Notes: generated by a model from the sequence alone, not told the origin. A stretch of DNA of 32,000 nucleotides from Nonlabens ponticola (GCF_003966335.1 NZ_CP034549.1:2790001-2822000), one strand, 5' to 3'. Positions 8,865 through 17,493 are shown, numbered from the stretch's first letter. Numbers and translations: made by a program.

Positions 8865-9647
8865 ATGCAGAACAAACTGACCCAACTATTTGCTAGCAAG
8901 CCTAAGAATTTGCTCAATATATTTTTTACCGCTGGTTACCCTAAACTTGAAGACACAACGGTTATTTTAAAAGCCTTGGAAGAATCCAAAGTGGACTTGG
9001 TAGAAATCGGTATTCCCTTTAGTGATCCGCTGGCAGATGGGCCTACGATTCAAGAGAGCAGCAAAAAGGCGCTGGAGAATGGTATGTCCATTGAAAAGCT
9101 GTTCACCCAATTGGAACAATTCAAAAATGAAAATCCAGATTTCAATACGCCAATCTTGTTGATGGGATATTTGAATCCCGTGATGCAATTTGGACTGGAT
9201 AAGTTCTGCGCACGTTGTGCTAGCGTTGGCATGGATGGATTGATCATCCCAGATTTACCCATGTATTCATATCAGATGGAGTTCAAGGATACTTTTGAGA
9301 AGCATAACATTTCTAATGTATTCTTGGTGACGCCACAGACTTCAGAGAAACGTATTAGGGAGATTGATGCCAATTCGACCGGCTTTATTTATGCAGTGAG
9401 CAGCGCCAGCACCACAGGTACAAAAGCAGATTTCTCTGCCGCTGCAGACTATCTGGGAAGATTGCGAGACATGAATTTGAACACTCCAGTCTTAACCGGT
9501 TTTAATATCAAGAACAAGCAAAACTTTCAGGATGCCTGCAACTATGTGGACGGCGCAATCATAGGTAGCGAGTTTATCAGACAAATTTCTGACAGCTCAG
9601 ACCTCGAGAGAACTGTTTCAGAGTTTGTAAAATCTATTAAAGGTTAA
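8865..9647 (+). CDS. trpA: tryptophan synthase alpha chain
   Basis: 260 aa. PFSDPLADGPTIQ motif. Confidence 0.95.
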   Translation: MQNKLTQLFASKPKNLLNIFFTAGYPKLEDTTVILKALEESKVDLVEIGIPFSDPLADGPTIQESSKKALENGMSIEKLFTQLEQFKNENPDFNTPILLMGYLNPVMQFGLDKFCARCASVGMDGLIIPDLPMYSYQMEFKDTFEKHNISNVFLVTPQTSEKRIREIDANSTGFIYAVSSASTTGTKADFSAAADYLGRLRDMNLNTPVLTGFNIKNKQNFQDACNYVDGAIIGSEFIRQISDSSDLERTVSEFVKSIKG

Positions 9648-9662
9648 ATTATTTGTAAGTAC

Positions 9663-9676
9663 GCTTTCGCGAAAGC
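9663..9676. repeat. iterated palindrome copy 4 (intergenic)
   Basis: Exact 14-mer, 15 nt after the trpA stop. Extended 20-bp palindrome TACGCTTTCGCGAAAGCGTA (9660-9679). Confidence 0.95.
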
Positions 9677-9687
9677 GTAACACCTAT

Positions 9688-9695
9688 TACATTTG
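9688..9695 (+). promoter_or_regulatory. candidate -7 promoter box (TACATTTG)
   Basis: Perfect TAnnTTTG match, 7 nt upstream of the his leader ATG. Confidence 0.4.
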
Positions 9696-9702
9696 CACTG
9701 CA

Positions 9703-9750
9703 ATGAATAACAACGCAACACATCACCATCATTTTGACACTTACCTGTAG
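9703..9750 (+). CDS. hisL: his operon leader peptide (MNNNATHHHHFDTYL)
   Basis: 15-codon ORF with four consecutive His codons (9721-9732), followed by a terminator and hisG. Confidence 0.75.
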   Translation: MNNNATHHHHFDTYL

Positions 9751-9790
9751 GCGAGCAAAAAATGTATTGATGTAACTCAACATATTTAAA

Positions 9791-9817
9791 AACCCGTCTA
9801 TTTCAGGCGGGTTTTTG
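9791..9817 (+). terminator. his attenuator terminator
   Basis: CCCGTCT (9793-9799) pairs with AGGCGGG (9805-9811), with one G-U pair, followed by TTTTT. Confidence 0.7.
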
Positions 9818-9818
9818 C

Positions 9819-9924
9819 ATTTCTGCGCAGGCAGAAATCTCTGACTCGGGAAACCTGAAGCGACCGAATCAGATGAAAACAATAGTTTCATGATTTTCCC
9901 CTTTGGGGAAATGTCCGCAGGACA
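9819..9924 (+). repeat. train of five back-to-back hairpins in the hisG 5' region
   Basis: ATTTCTGC-GCAG-GCAGAAAT (9819-9838). TCTGACTCGG...CCGAATCAGA (9840-9873). ATGAAA...TTTCAT (9873-9891). TTTCCCC-TTT-GGGGAAA (9895-9911). TGTCC-GCA-GGACA (9912-9924). Confidence 0.7.
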
Positions 9925-9945
9925 ATGGGGCCAATAATAAAAATT

Positions 9946-10797
9946 ATGATCAGAATAGCAGTACAGAAATCAGGAAGGTTAAGTGACAAGTCGCTACAAT
10001 TATTAAAAGATTGTGGGATCAAATTTGATAACGGGACACGCAAATTGAGCGCTAAAGCAAAGAACTTCCCAATGGAGATTCTTTTCTTGAGAGACGACGA
10101 TATTCCTCAATATGTCGCACAAGGCGTGGCAGATCTTGGAATTCTAGGACTAAATGAGGTCGAAGAGAAAGACCAAAAAGTCGACGTGATCAAGCAGCTA
10201 GGTTTTGCAGGTTGTAGATTGAGTCTTGCCGTTCAGAAAGATGTCAATTACACAGGTCTGGAATGGTTCAACGGCAAGCGTGTGGCGAGTAGTTATACAA
10301 CCATCGTCAAAAAGTTCTTTGCCGATAAAAGCATCAACGCAACCACTGAAGAAATAGGTGGCAGCGTAGAAATCGCTCCAGGAATAGGCCTCGCGGAAGG
10401 AATTTGCGACATCGTTTCGACTGGTTCTACATTGATCATGAACGGATTGAAAGAAGTAGAAACGGTCATGTACAGTGAGGCAGTTCTTATTTCTAATCCA
10501 TCATTAAACGATGAGAAAAAAGAGCTATTGGACAAACTCATGTTCCGCATGGATGCGGTCATGAATGCATCTAAAAACAAATACATCTTGCTGAATGCAC
10601 CTAACGATAAGGTGGATGAGATTTCTGCGCTGTTGCCAGGAATGAAAAGCCCGACGGTATTACCGCTGGCCGAAGAAGGTTGGTGCAGTTTACATTCTGT
10701 TATTGAGGAAAATGATTTTTGGAATGTGATTGATCAGCTCAAGGAAGCTGGCGCTCAAGGTATTTTAGTCAGCCCAATTGAAAAACTAATCGTCTGA
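9946..10797 (+). CDS. hisG: ATP phosphoribosyltransferase, long form
   Basis: The ORF is open from ATG 9925. I prefer ATG 9946 (MIRIAVQKSGRL) because it aligns with the conserved HisG N-terminus and 9925 abuts a hairpin. About 283 aa including the C-terminal regulatory domain. Confidence 0.9.
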   Translation: MIRIAVQKSGRLSDKSLQLLKDCGIKFDNGTRKLSAKAKNFPMEILFLRDDDIPQYVAQGVADLGILGLNEVEEKDQKVDVIKQLGFAGCRLSLAVQKDVNYTGLEWFNGKRVASSYTTIVKKFFADKSINATTEEIGGSVEIAPGIGLAEGICDIVSTGSTLIMNGLKEVETVMYSEAVLISNPSLNDEKKELLDKLMFRMDAVMNASKNKYILLNAPNDKVDEISALLPGMKSPTVLPLAEEGWCSLHSVIEENDFWNVIDQLKEAGAQGILVSPIEKLIV

Positions 10798-12092
10798 TGG
10801 AAATCGTACTCAACCCATCTACGAGCCAGCAGGCTAGTTTATTGGAGAGACCGATGAAACAAAGGTCTGAAGTGGATAGCGCTGTAAAAGACATTATCCG
10901 ACTCGTGCGCGATAATGGCGATCAGGCATTGATTGCATTTGCACAGCAATTTGACAACGCCACCATTACAGATTTGAGAGTCTCTGCTCAAGAAATTACC
11001 GCGGCAGCTGCTCAAGTTCCAGCAGATTTGAAATCTGCAATCCAGACAGCCTACGACAACATCTATAAGTTTCACCAGGCTTGTTTTACTCGTGAATATC
11101 CAGTAGTAGAAACCATGCCTGGCATGACGTGCTGGAGAAAATCATTGCCTATTCAAAAAGTAGGATTGTATATTCCTGGAGGCTCGGCACCGCTGTTCTC
11201 GACAGTTTTGATGCTGGCAGTACCTGCAAAAATTGCTGGAAACAAGCAAGTAGTCCTTTGTAGCCCAACGGATGAGCATGGAAATATAAATCCAGTGGTT
11301 CTGTACACCGCAAGTCTTTGTGGCGTCACAGAGATCTATAAAGTTGGCGGTGCTCAGGCGATCGCTGCCATGACACACGGCACGCAAAGCGTTCCAGCGG
11401 TACACAAGATTTTTGGTCCTGGTAATGCTTTTGTCACTAGAGCAAAAGAATTGGCACAGCAGCAAGGTGTCGCGATCGACATGCCGGCTGGACCTAGCGA
11501 GGTTTTGGTCATTGCAGATCAACACGCTAATCCAGAATTCGTGGCTTCAGACTTGTTAGCTCAAGCAGAACACGGTCACGATTCCCAAGTAATTCTACTT
11601 ACAGATTCTGAGAAACTTGCTAAGGATGTAGACGATGCAGTAAAGTCTCAAATAAGCACGCTTTCGCGAAAGCAAACTGCCGAAGCTGCCCTGCAGAATA
11701 GTAGAACTATCGTGTTACAAAGCATTACAGAATGTGTAGCCTGGTCTGATGTATATGCACCAGAGCACTTAATTATCAACACACAAGATGCTGAGGCAGT
11801 AGCAAATCAAATCGAAGTAGCTGGCTCCATATTTATAGGTTCTTACACTTGTGAGAGCTTGGGCGATTATGCCAGCGGCACCAATCATACCTTGCCTACT
11901 TACGGTTATGCAAGGAATTACAGCGGTGTGTCTGTCGATAGCTTTGTCAATAAAGTGACCTACCAGAAAGCGACCGCTCATGGGTTACAAAACCTAGGTC
12001 CTGCTGTTGAAATCATGGCAGCCGCCGAAGGTCTGGATGCGCATAAAAATGCGGTGAGTGTAAGATTAAAAAGTTTAGAAAATAACGATTAG
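10797..12092 (+). CDS. hisD: histidinol dehydrogenase
   Basis: 431 aa. QAEHG motif. Start overlaps the hisG stop. Confidence 0.95.
   Translation: MEIVLNPSTSQQASLLERPMKQRSEVDSAVKDIIRLVRDNGDQALIAFAQQFDNATITDLRVSAQEITAAAAQVPADLKSAIQTAYDNIYKFHQACFTREYPVVETMPGMTCWRKSLPIQKVGLYIPGGSAPLFSTVLMLAVPAKIAGNKQVVLCSPTDEHGNINPVVLYTASLCGVTEIYKVGGAQAIAAMTHGTQSVPAVHKIFGPGNAFVTRAKELAQQQGVAIDMPAGPSEVLVIADQHANPEFVASDLLAQAEHGHDSQVILLTDSEKLAKDVDDAVKSQISTLSRKQTAEAALQNSRTIVLQSITECVAWSDVYAPEHLIINTQDAEAVANQIEVAGSIFIGSYTCESLGDYASGTNHTLPTYGYARNYSGVSVDSFVNKVTYQKATAHGLQNLGPAVEIMAAAEGLDAHKNAVSVRLKSLENND
11660..11673. repeat. iterated palindrome copy 5 (inside hisD, read as LSRK)
   Basis: Exact 14-mer. Confidence 0.95.
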
Positions 12093-12095
12093 CAG

Positions 12096-12115
12096 ATTCC
12101 GCCCTGCGGCGGAAT
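12096..12115. repeat. GC-rich hairpin module ATTCCGCC-CTGC-GGCGGAAT
   Basis: Perfect 8-bp stem with a 4-nt loop in the hisD-hisC spacer. No U-tract. Confidence 0.7.
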
Positions 12116-12127
12116 GACAATACAAGA

Positions 12128-13345
12128 ATGAGTTTCAATTTAAAAAACATAGTCCGCAAAAACATCTGGGATTTAAAGGCCTACTCTAGCGCACGCAGCG
12201 AATTCAAATTGTATGGCGATGTCTCGCCAGCGAGAGAATCTGCCGAGAGCAAAAAGGAGCTTACGCTACTAGATGCTAACGAGAATCCTAACGATCCAAA
12301 AGCTCATAACTCTGAACTCATAACTCCTAACTTAAACAGATATCCAGATCCATTGCAAAGTGAGATCAAGGAAATATTGAGCGAGCAAAAAGGCATATCT
12401 ACTGATCAGATTTTTGTGGGTAACGGTAGTGATGAAGCCATTGACCTGCTCTACCGCATTTTTTGTGAGCCTGAAAAAGATAGTGTAATTACGTGCCCGC
12501 CTACTTATGGAATGTACGAGGTGAGTGCAGCGATCAACGATGTAAAGGTGATCGAGGTGCCTTTGAATGAACGCTTTGAATTGAACGTGAAACAGATCCT
12601 GAAACGAGTTCAGGATGACAAGTCGGTAAAGCTTTTATGGATCTGTTCTCCTAATAATCCTACAGGAAATATACTGCTCAAAGCTGATTTGGAACACGAC
12701 TGGCAAGCAGAAAACTATACCAAAGGCGGCATGATGGACATGCCGTACAATCCAGAATTTGAAGCTGAATTAAAAGAGAATAAAAAACTTATGGACCAGC
12801 TCATCGGTAGATTTGACGGTATCGTGGTGGTAGATGAAGCCTATCAGGATTTTACAGAGAACCAAAGTTTTATCAGTAGACTGGAAGATTATCCTAATCT
12901 AGTGGTGCTGCAGACCATGTCAAAAGCACATGGACTAGCAGGCGCACGAACAGGTTTTGCTTTTGCCAGCAAAGAGATCATCGCACTTTTCAATAAGACA
13001 AAACCGCCATACAATGTCAATGAGCTTTCTCAGAAAGCAGTGGTAGCTGCTCTCAAGAATATTGACAAAACAAGATCACAAGTAGAAGAATTGATCGACA
13101 ACCGTGAAATCCTCATTGCCGATTTGCAACAACTTAGCTTCGTAAAACAAGTGTTTCCTAGTGAGGCGAACTTTGTTTTGGCAGAGGTTGAAGATGCGAC
13201 CGCGGTTTACAATTACCTGAAAGACAAATCTCTGATTGTACGTAACCGTAGCAGTCAGATACAGAATACGTTGCGATTTACGGTTGGAACTAGGAAAGAG
13301 TGTGAGGCGTTGATGGAGGCGTTGAAAGAATATAAAAACAGTTAG
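12128..13345 (+). CDS. hisC: histidinol-phosphate aminotransferase (expanded)
   Basis: 405 aa. SPNNPTGN, DEAY and the MSKAHGLAGAR PLP-lysine motifs. About 45-50 aa longer than typical HisC because of internal extra segments. Confidence 0.93.
   Translation: MSFNLKNIVRKNIWDLKAYSSARSEFKLYGDVSPARESAESKKELTLLDANENPNDPKAHNSELITPNLNRYPDPLQSEIKEILSEQKGISTDQIFVGNGSDEAIDLLYRIFCEPEKDSVITCPPTYGMYEVSAAINDVKVIEVPLNERFELNVKQILKRVQDDKSVKLLWICSPNNPTGNILLKADLEHDWQAENYTKGGMMDMPYNPEFEAELKENKKLMDQLIGRFDGIVVVDEAYQDFTENQSFISRLEDYPNLVVLQTMSKAHGLAGARTGFAFASKEIIALFNKTKPPYNVNELSQKAVVAALKNIDKTRSQVEELIDNREILIADLQQLSFVKQVFPSEANFVLAEVEDATAVYNYLKDKSLIVRNRSSQIQNTLRFTVGTRKECEALMEALKEYKNS
12594..12623 (+). repeat. 30-nt hairpin module AGATCCTGAAAC(G/A)AGTTCAGGATGACAAGT, copy in hisC
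   Basis: 29/30 identical to 17072-17101 in hisIE. Contains the 8-bp stem ATCCTGAA/TTCAGGAT. Read in the same frame (ILKRVQDDK). Confidence 0.85.
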
Positions 13346-13361
13346 TTGAATTAAAAAAGCG

Positions 13362-13381
13362 AAGCCGTCCAGCGATGGCTT
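13362..13381. repeat. GC-rich hairpin module AAGCCGTC-CAGC-GATGGCTT
   Basis: Located in the hisC-hisB spacer. The preceding 15-mer AAAGCGAAGCCGTCC (13356-13370) is identical to 16312-16326 inside hisF. Confidence 0.7.
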
Positions 13382-13386
13382 GACTC

Positions 13387-14496
13387 ATGAAAAAAGTATT
13401 ATTTATAGATCGCGACGGGACCATCGTCAAGGAGCCGCCAACTGATTATCAGCTGGATAGTTTTGAGAAGCTGGAGTTCTTGCCTATGGCAATTACCCAA
13501 TTGCACCGTATTGCACGAGAGTTGGATTATGAGCTGGTAATGGTGACCAATCAGGACGGTCTGGGAACGGATAGCTTCCCTGAAGATACCTTCTGGCCAG
13601 TGCATAATTTGATGATGGACATTCTTGAAAAAGAAGGCGTGACATTTAGTGAGGTTTTGATTGATCGTTCTTTTCCAGAACAGAACGCACCGACTCGCAA
13701 ACCTCAAACTGGTTTGTTGACACACTATATTAAAGGCGACTATGACCTTGCCAACAGCTTTGTCATAGGCGATCGCAACAGCGATATGCAGCTCGCCAAA
13801 AATTTGAGCTGCAAAGGAATTCAGCTGCCATCGATTACAGACGACACGACTTTTGAAGACGAATTGGTTGTTTTAAAAACCGATTCTTGGAAAGATATTT
13901 TTCAGTTTTTAAAAGGTCAACCGCGCAAAGTATCGGTAAGCCGTAAAACCAATGAAACCGATATCAACATCACGCTCAATCTGGACGGCTCTGGAAACGG
14001 AACGATAGATACAGGTTTGAAATTCTACGATCACATGCTGGAGCAATTGCAGCGCCATGGTTCGCTGGACTTGGATATCAAAGTGAACGGTGATCTGGAA
14101 ATCGACGAGCACCACACCATTGAGGACACCGCTATTGCGCTAGGTGACGCTTTCGCGAAAGCGTTATCCTCTAAAAAAGGGATTAATAGATATGGGTTTT
14201 TGTTACCTATGGACGACTCATTGGCCAAAGTAGCAATTGATTTTGGCGGAAGACCATGGATCGTTTGGGAAGCAGAATTTAAAAGAGAATACGTGGGCGA
14301 TATGCCAACCGAATTGTTTTTCCACTTTTTCAAATCCTTCAGCGATGCAGCAAAGTGTAACTTGAATATGAAAGTGGAAGGCGACAATGAGCACCACAAA
14401 ATTGAGTCGCTGTTCAAAGCTTTTGCGAAAGCGATAAAAATGGCAGTCAAACAAACAGGTGACGGTAAATTACCTAGCACTAAAGGCACATTATGA
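13387..14496 (+). CDS. hisB: bifunctional histidinol-phosphatase / imidazoleglycerol-phosphate dehydratase
   Basis: 369 aa. N-terminal HAD motif FIDRDGT. C-terminal IGPD domain ([24 protein letters not shown]). Confidence 0.95.
   Translation: MKKVLFIDRDGTIVKEPPTDYQLDSFEKLEFLPMAITQLHRIARELDYELVMVTNQDGLGTDSFPEDTFWPVHNLMMDILEKEGVTFSEVLIDRSFPEQNAPTRKPQTGLLTHYIKGDYDLANSFVIGDRNSDMQLAKNLSCKGIQLPSITDDTTFEDELVVLKTDSWKDIFQFLKGQPRKVSVSRKTNETDINITLNLDGSGNGTIDTGLKFYDHMLEQLQRHGSLDLDIKVNGDLEIDEHHTIEDTAIALGDAFAKALSSKKGINRYGFLLPMDDSLAKVAIDFGGRPWIVWEAEFKREYVGDMPTELFFHFFKSFSDAAKCNLNMKVEGDNEHHKIESLFKAFAKAIKMAVKQTGDGKLPSTKGTL
14149..14162. repeat. iterated palindrome copy 6 (inside hisB, read as AFAKA)
   Basis: Exact 14-mer. 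Extended palindrome ACGCTTTCGCGAAAGCGT. Confidence 0.95.
14419..14432. repeat. decayed palindrome copy GCTTTTGCGAAAGC (inside hisB)
   Basis: 13/14 match. The single C->T change is at the first C of the central CGCG. Read as AFAKA. Confidence 0.6.
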
Positions 14497-15137
14497 TTGC
14501 AATCGTAAAATATAACGCAGGAAATATAGGCAGCGTGACAAATGCGCTCAATCGGCTGGGCGTGAAAAATAAAGTCACGGATGATTCTGCGGAATTGAAA
14601 ACCGCCGACAAAGTGATTTTCCCAGGAGTTGGCGAGGCTGGTACAGCGATGAACTATTTGAAAGAACGAGGATTAGATCAGGTTTTGAAAAGCTTGGATC
14701 AGCCGTTTCTTGGTATATGTCTTGGCATGCAATTGATGTGCAACCACAGTGAAGAAGGTAACACAGAATGTCTAGGAATTTTTGACACAAACGTCAAGCT
14801 GTTTCAATCCAAAGAGTTCAAAGTGCCGCATATGGGATGGAACAGTTTGAATACTGAATATCGATCAACGAATGACGAATTTGGAATTGAGAACAATCAA
14901 AAATCAAAAATCGTTAATCAGCAATCGTTAATCCTGCAAAGCTTACCGCAGCAGGCAGATGTGTATTACGTGCACTCCTATTATGCGGAGCTATGTGAGG
15001 ATGCTGCTGCTACTTGCGATTACATTTTGCCTTTTAGCAGCATGCTGCAAAAGGATAATTATTATGCGACGCAGTTCCATCCTGAAAAGAGCGCTGGAGT
15101 TGGTGAGCAGATTTTGAAGAATTTTATTTCCTTATGA
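14493..15137 (+). CDS. hisH: imidazole glycerol phosphate synthase, glutamine amidotransferase subunit (expanded)
   Basis: 214 aa. GICLGMQ and FHPEKS motifs. About 20 extra residues between the MGWN and VHSY motifs. Confidence 0.93.
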   Translation: MIAIVKYNAGNIGSVTNALNRLGVKNKVTDDSAELKTADKVIFPGVGEAGTAMNYLKERGLDQVLKSLDQPFLGICLGMQLMCNHSEEGNTECLGIFDTNVKLFQSKEFKVPHMGWNSLNTEYRSTNDEFGIENNQKSKIVNQQSLILQSLPQQADVYYVHSYYAELCEDAAATCDYILPFSSMLQKDNYYATQFHPEKSAGVGEQILKNFISL

Positions 15138-15898
15138 GAATAATACCAGCGATAGATATCATTGACGGGAAATGCGTGAGGCTTTCTCAAGGTGATTACA
15201 ATCAAAAAACGGTCTATAATGAAGATCCGCTAGAGGTGGCTAAGGAATTTGAAGCCAATGGTATTCAATACTTGCACCTGGTCGATCTTGATGGAGCCAA
15301 GAGCGCTCATGTGGTCAACTGGAAAATATTGGAGCGTATAGCTAGTCAGACCGATTTGAAGGTTGATTTTGGCGGTGGCGTGAAAACAGACGACGATATA
15401 AAAGTTGTTTTTGAAAGTGGTGCCAAACAAGTTACGGGTGGCAGTATAGCCGTTAAAGATCCTGAGACTTTTGAAGGATGGATCGAGAAATACGGCAGCG
15501 ATAAAATCATACTTGGTGCAGACGCAAAGGATGGCATGATTGCCACACACGGTTGGCTAGAAAGTAGCGAGTTGGAAGTGGTAAAATTTATCAAAGAATG
15601 GAATAAAAAAGGCATTGAATACGTCATTTGTACGGATATCGCCAAAGACGGTATGCTTGCTGGGCCAAGCTATGATTTGTATAAAAAGATTCTTGACCTC
15701 AACACGACAAGTCCAGCAGAGGCCATCATCCCATCAGCAGATGATTTTGACGACGGCATTAAACTAATCGCCTCTGGTGGTGTGGCCGTTGCAGATGATC
15801 TACATCGCTTACGCGAAATGGGTTGTGAAGGAGCAATCGTAGGAAAAGCTTTTTATGAAGGTAGAATCAGTTTCAAAGAGTTGAGAGAATTTATATGA
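15134..15898 (+). CDS. hisA: ProFAR isomerase
   Basis: 254 aa. N-terminal [15 protein letters not shown] motif. 4-nt overlaps with both neighbours. Confidence 0.93.
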   Translation: MRIIPAIDIIDGKCVRLSQGDYNQKTVYNEDPLEVAKEFEANGIQYLHLVDLDGAKSAHVVNWKILERIASQTDLKVDFGGGVKTDDDIKVVFESGAKQVTGGSIAVKDPETFEGWIEKYGSDKIILGADAKDGMIATHGWLESSELEVVKFIKEWNKKGIEYVICTDIAKDGMLAGPSYDLYKKILDLNTTSPAEAIIPSADDFDDGIKLIASGGVAVADDLHRLREMGCEGAIVGKAFYEGRISFKELREFI

Positions 15899-16692
15899 GC
15901 CTCAAAAAAAGAATTATACCATGCCTAGACATCAAGGATGGTCGCACCGTCAAAGGAATAAACTTCGTTGGACTGCGCGATGCTGGTGATCCAGTACAGT
16001 TGGCACAGCAGTATGCCGATCAAGGTGCTGATGAATTGTGCTTTCTCGACATCACGGCTACCGTAGAAAAACGGGAAACGCTTGTACCACTAGTCCGCGA
16101 GATCGCTGCTGTGTTGAATATTCCGTTCACCGTTGGTGGTGGCATTAATGATGTCAAACTCGCCAAAGAAATCATCAAGGCTGGAGCCGATAAAATTGCG
16201 GTCAATAGCGCCGCCGTTCACAGACCTGAATTGATCAATGAATTGGCTGCCGAATTGGGAAATCAGTGTGTGGTGGTGGCTGTCGATACTAAGCGTATAG
16301 CGTTAAGCGATAAAGCGAAGCCGTCCCTCGACGGCTGGAAGGATAAGGTGTTTGTCTCTGGTGGTCGCACGGAAACTGACAAAGAAACAATAGCGTGGTG
16401 TACAGAATGTGAGCAACGTGGTGCTGGAGAGATTTTGCTAACAAGCATGGATCACGATGGTACTAAAAACGGATTTGCTTTGGAGATTACGGATACGCTT
16501 TCGCGAAAGCTAAATATACCGATCATCGCATCTGGTGGTGGTGGTACGGCTGCTCATTTTGAGGAATTATTCAAAGATACCCATGCCAGCGCAGGACTCG
16601 CGGCAAGTATATTCCATTTTGGTGAGTTACCAGTGCCTGAATTGAAAAAGCAATTGGCAGACGCTAATGTAGAGGTGAGAATAGTTATTTAA
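15895..16692 (+). CDS. hisF: imidazole glycerol phosphate synthase cyclase subunit (expanded)
   Basis: 265 aa. [16 protein letters not shown] motif and [15 protein letters not shown] motif. Confidence 0.95.
   Translation: MSLKKRIIPCLDIKDGRTVKGINFVGLRDAGDPVQLAQQYADQGADELCFLDITATVEKRETLVPLVREIAAVLNIPFTVGGGINDVKLAKEIIKAGADKIAVNSAAVHRPELINELAAELGNQCVVVAVDTKRIALSDKAKPSLDGWKDKVFVSGGRTETDKETIAWCTECEQRGAGEILLTSMDHDGTKNGFALEITDTLSRKLNIPIIASGGGGTAAHFEELFKDTHASAGLAASIFHFGELPVPELKKQLADANVEVRIVI
16312..16336 (+). repeat. hairpin module AGCCGTC-CCTC-GACGGCT with a shared 15-mer, inside hisF
   Basis: The 15-mer 16312-16326 is identical to 13356-13370. 7-bp stem at 16319-16336. Lies in a roughly 10-aa extra segment of HisF ([12 protein letters not shown]). 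Confidence 0.7.
16497..16510. repeat. iterated palindrome copy 7 (inside hisF, read as LSRK)
   Basis: Exact 14-mer. Confidence 0.95.
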
Positions 16693-17379
16693 ATGGACAT
16701 GATGAAACCAGATTTTTCTAAATACAATGATGGACTTGTTCCCGCAATCATCCAAGACGCTTCCAGCGGTAAGGTTTTGATGTTGGGATACATGAATGAA
16801 GAAGCCTATCAAAAGACCGTAGACGATAAACGCGTGACCTTTTTTTCACGCAGTAAAAATAGACTGTGGACTAAAGGCGAGACTTCCAAAAATTATCTGG
16901 ATGTCATGAGTATGGCTTTGGATTGTGATCAGGATGCAATTCTAATCAAAGCTCACGCCCATGGCCCGACTTGTCACACAGGTAGCGAATCCTGTTTTGA
17001 TGCAAATAGCAGCAATGAAGATGATGAAATGTTACGTTTTCCTGCCTCGCCGGCAGGCAAGCGCAAAAGCGAGATCCTGAAACAAGTTCAGGATGACAAG
17101 TTCACCATCAACGATCTTGAAAAAACCATTCATCAAAGAATTGATGACAAGGTAGAAGGTTCTTACACGTACTCATTGATCCAAAAAGGGATTAATAAAG
17201 TGGCTCAAAAAGTAGGCGAAGAAGCGGTAGAAACCGTTATAGATGCCATCAACGGCAAGGATGAAGACTTTCTTTATGAAGCGGGCGATTTGATGTATCA
17301 CTATCTCGTTTTACTCAAAGCTAAAGGATACTCGTTAGCTGATATTGAAGTTGAGTTGGCAAAGCGTCATGGCAAGTAG
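16693..17379 (+). CDS. hisIE: bifunctional phosphoribosyl-AMP cyclohydrolase / phosphoribosyl-ATP pyrophosphatase (expanded linker)
   Basis: 228 aa. GPTCHTGSESCF cyclohydrolase motif followed by a PRA-PH helical domain. About 30 extra residues lie between the two domains. Confidence 0.93.
   Translation: MDMMKPDFSKYNDGLVPAIIQDASSGKVLMLGYMNEEAYQKTVDDKRVTFFSRSKNRLWTKGETSKNYLDVMSMALDCDQDAILIKAHAHGPTCHTGSESCFDANSSNEDDEMLRFPASPAGKRKSEILKQVQDDKFTINDLEKTIHQRIDDKVEGSYTYSLIQKGINKVAQKVGEEAVETVIDAINGKDEDFLYEAGDLMYHYLVLLKAKGYSLADIEVELAKRHGK
17072..17101 (+). repeat. 30-nt hairpin module, copy in the hisIE linker
   Basis: 29/30 identical to 12594-12623. Read as ILKQVQDDK. Preceded by a second hairpin, CCTGCC-TCGCC-GGCAGG (17041-17057). 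Confidence 0.85.
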
Positions 17380-17493
17380 TTGCCATTTGAAGCGATTCAA
17401 GCGGTATAAAAATCATTGCTTGAGCCTATGACTATTATTGGAATAACTTTAAACTAATTCCTAGAGGTATTACCGTCAAGATTTTCAAAATTT

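Noticed and set aside
2549-9679. The palindromes upstream of the trp and his leaders could be a shared repressor operator
   Set aside because: The same sequence occurs inside eight coding regions and after an unrelated gene. Its distance to the -7 box also differs (about 12 versus 18 nt from centre), so it is not specific to these promoters.
9649-9891. 80-aa minus-strand ORF between trpA and hisG
   Set aside because: It spans the palindrome copy, the his leader ORF, the attenuator terminator and the hairpin train. The region is better explained as regulatory RNA.
14861-14908. The AATCAAAAATCAAAAATC low-complexity run in hisH could be a distinct microsatellite
   Set aside because: It is very short and A-rich. 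It is treated as part of the HisH expansion rather than as a separate repeat family.
15807-15822. GCTTACGCGAAATG in hisA (11/14) and CGCTTTGCGCAAAAAG at 25729-25744 as additional decayed palindrome copies
   Set aside because: There are too many mismatches to distinguish them from chance. They were not counted in the copy number or the spacing analysis.
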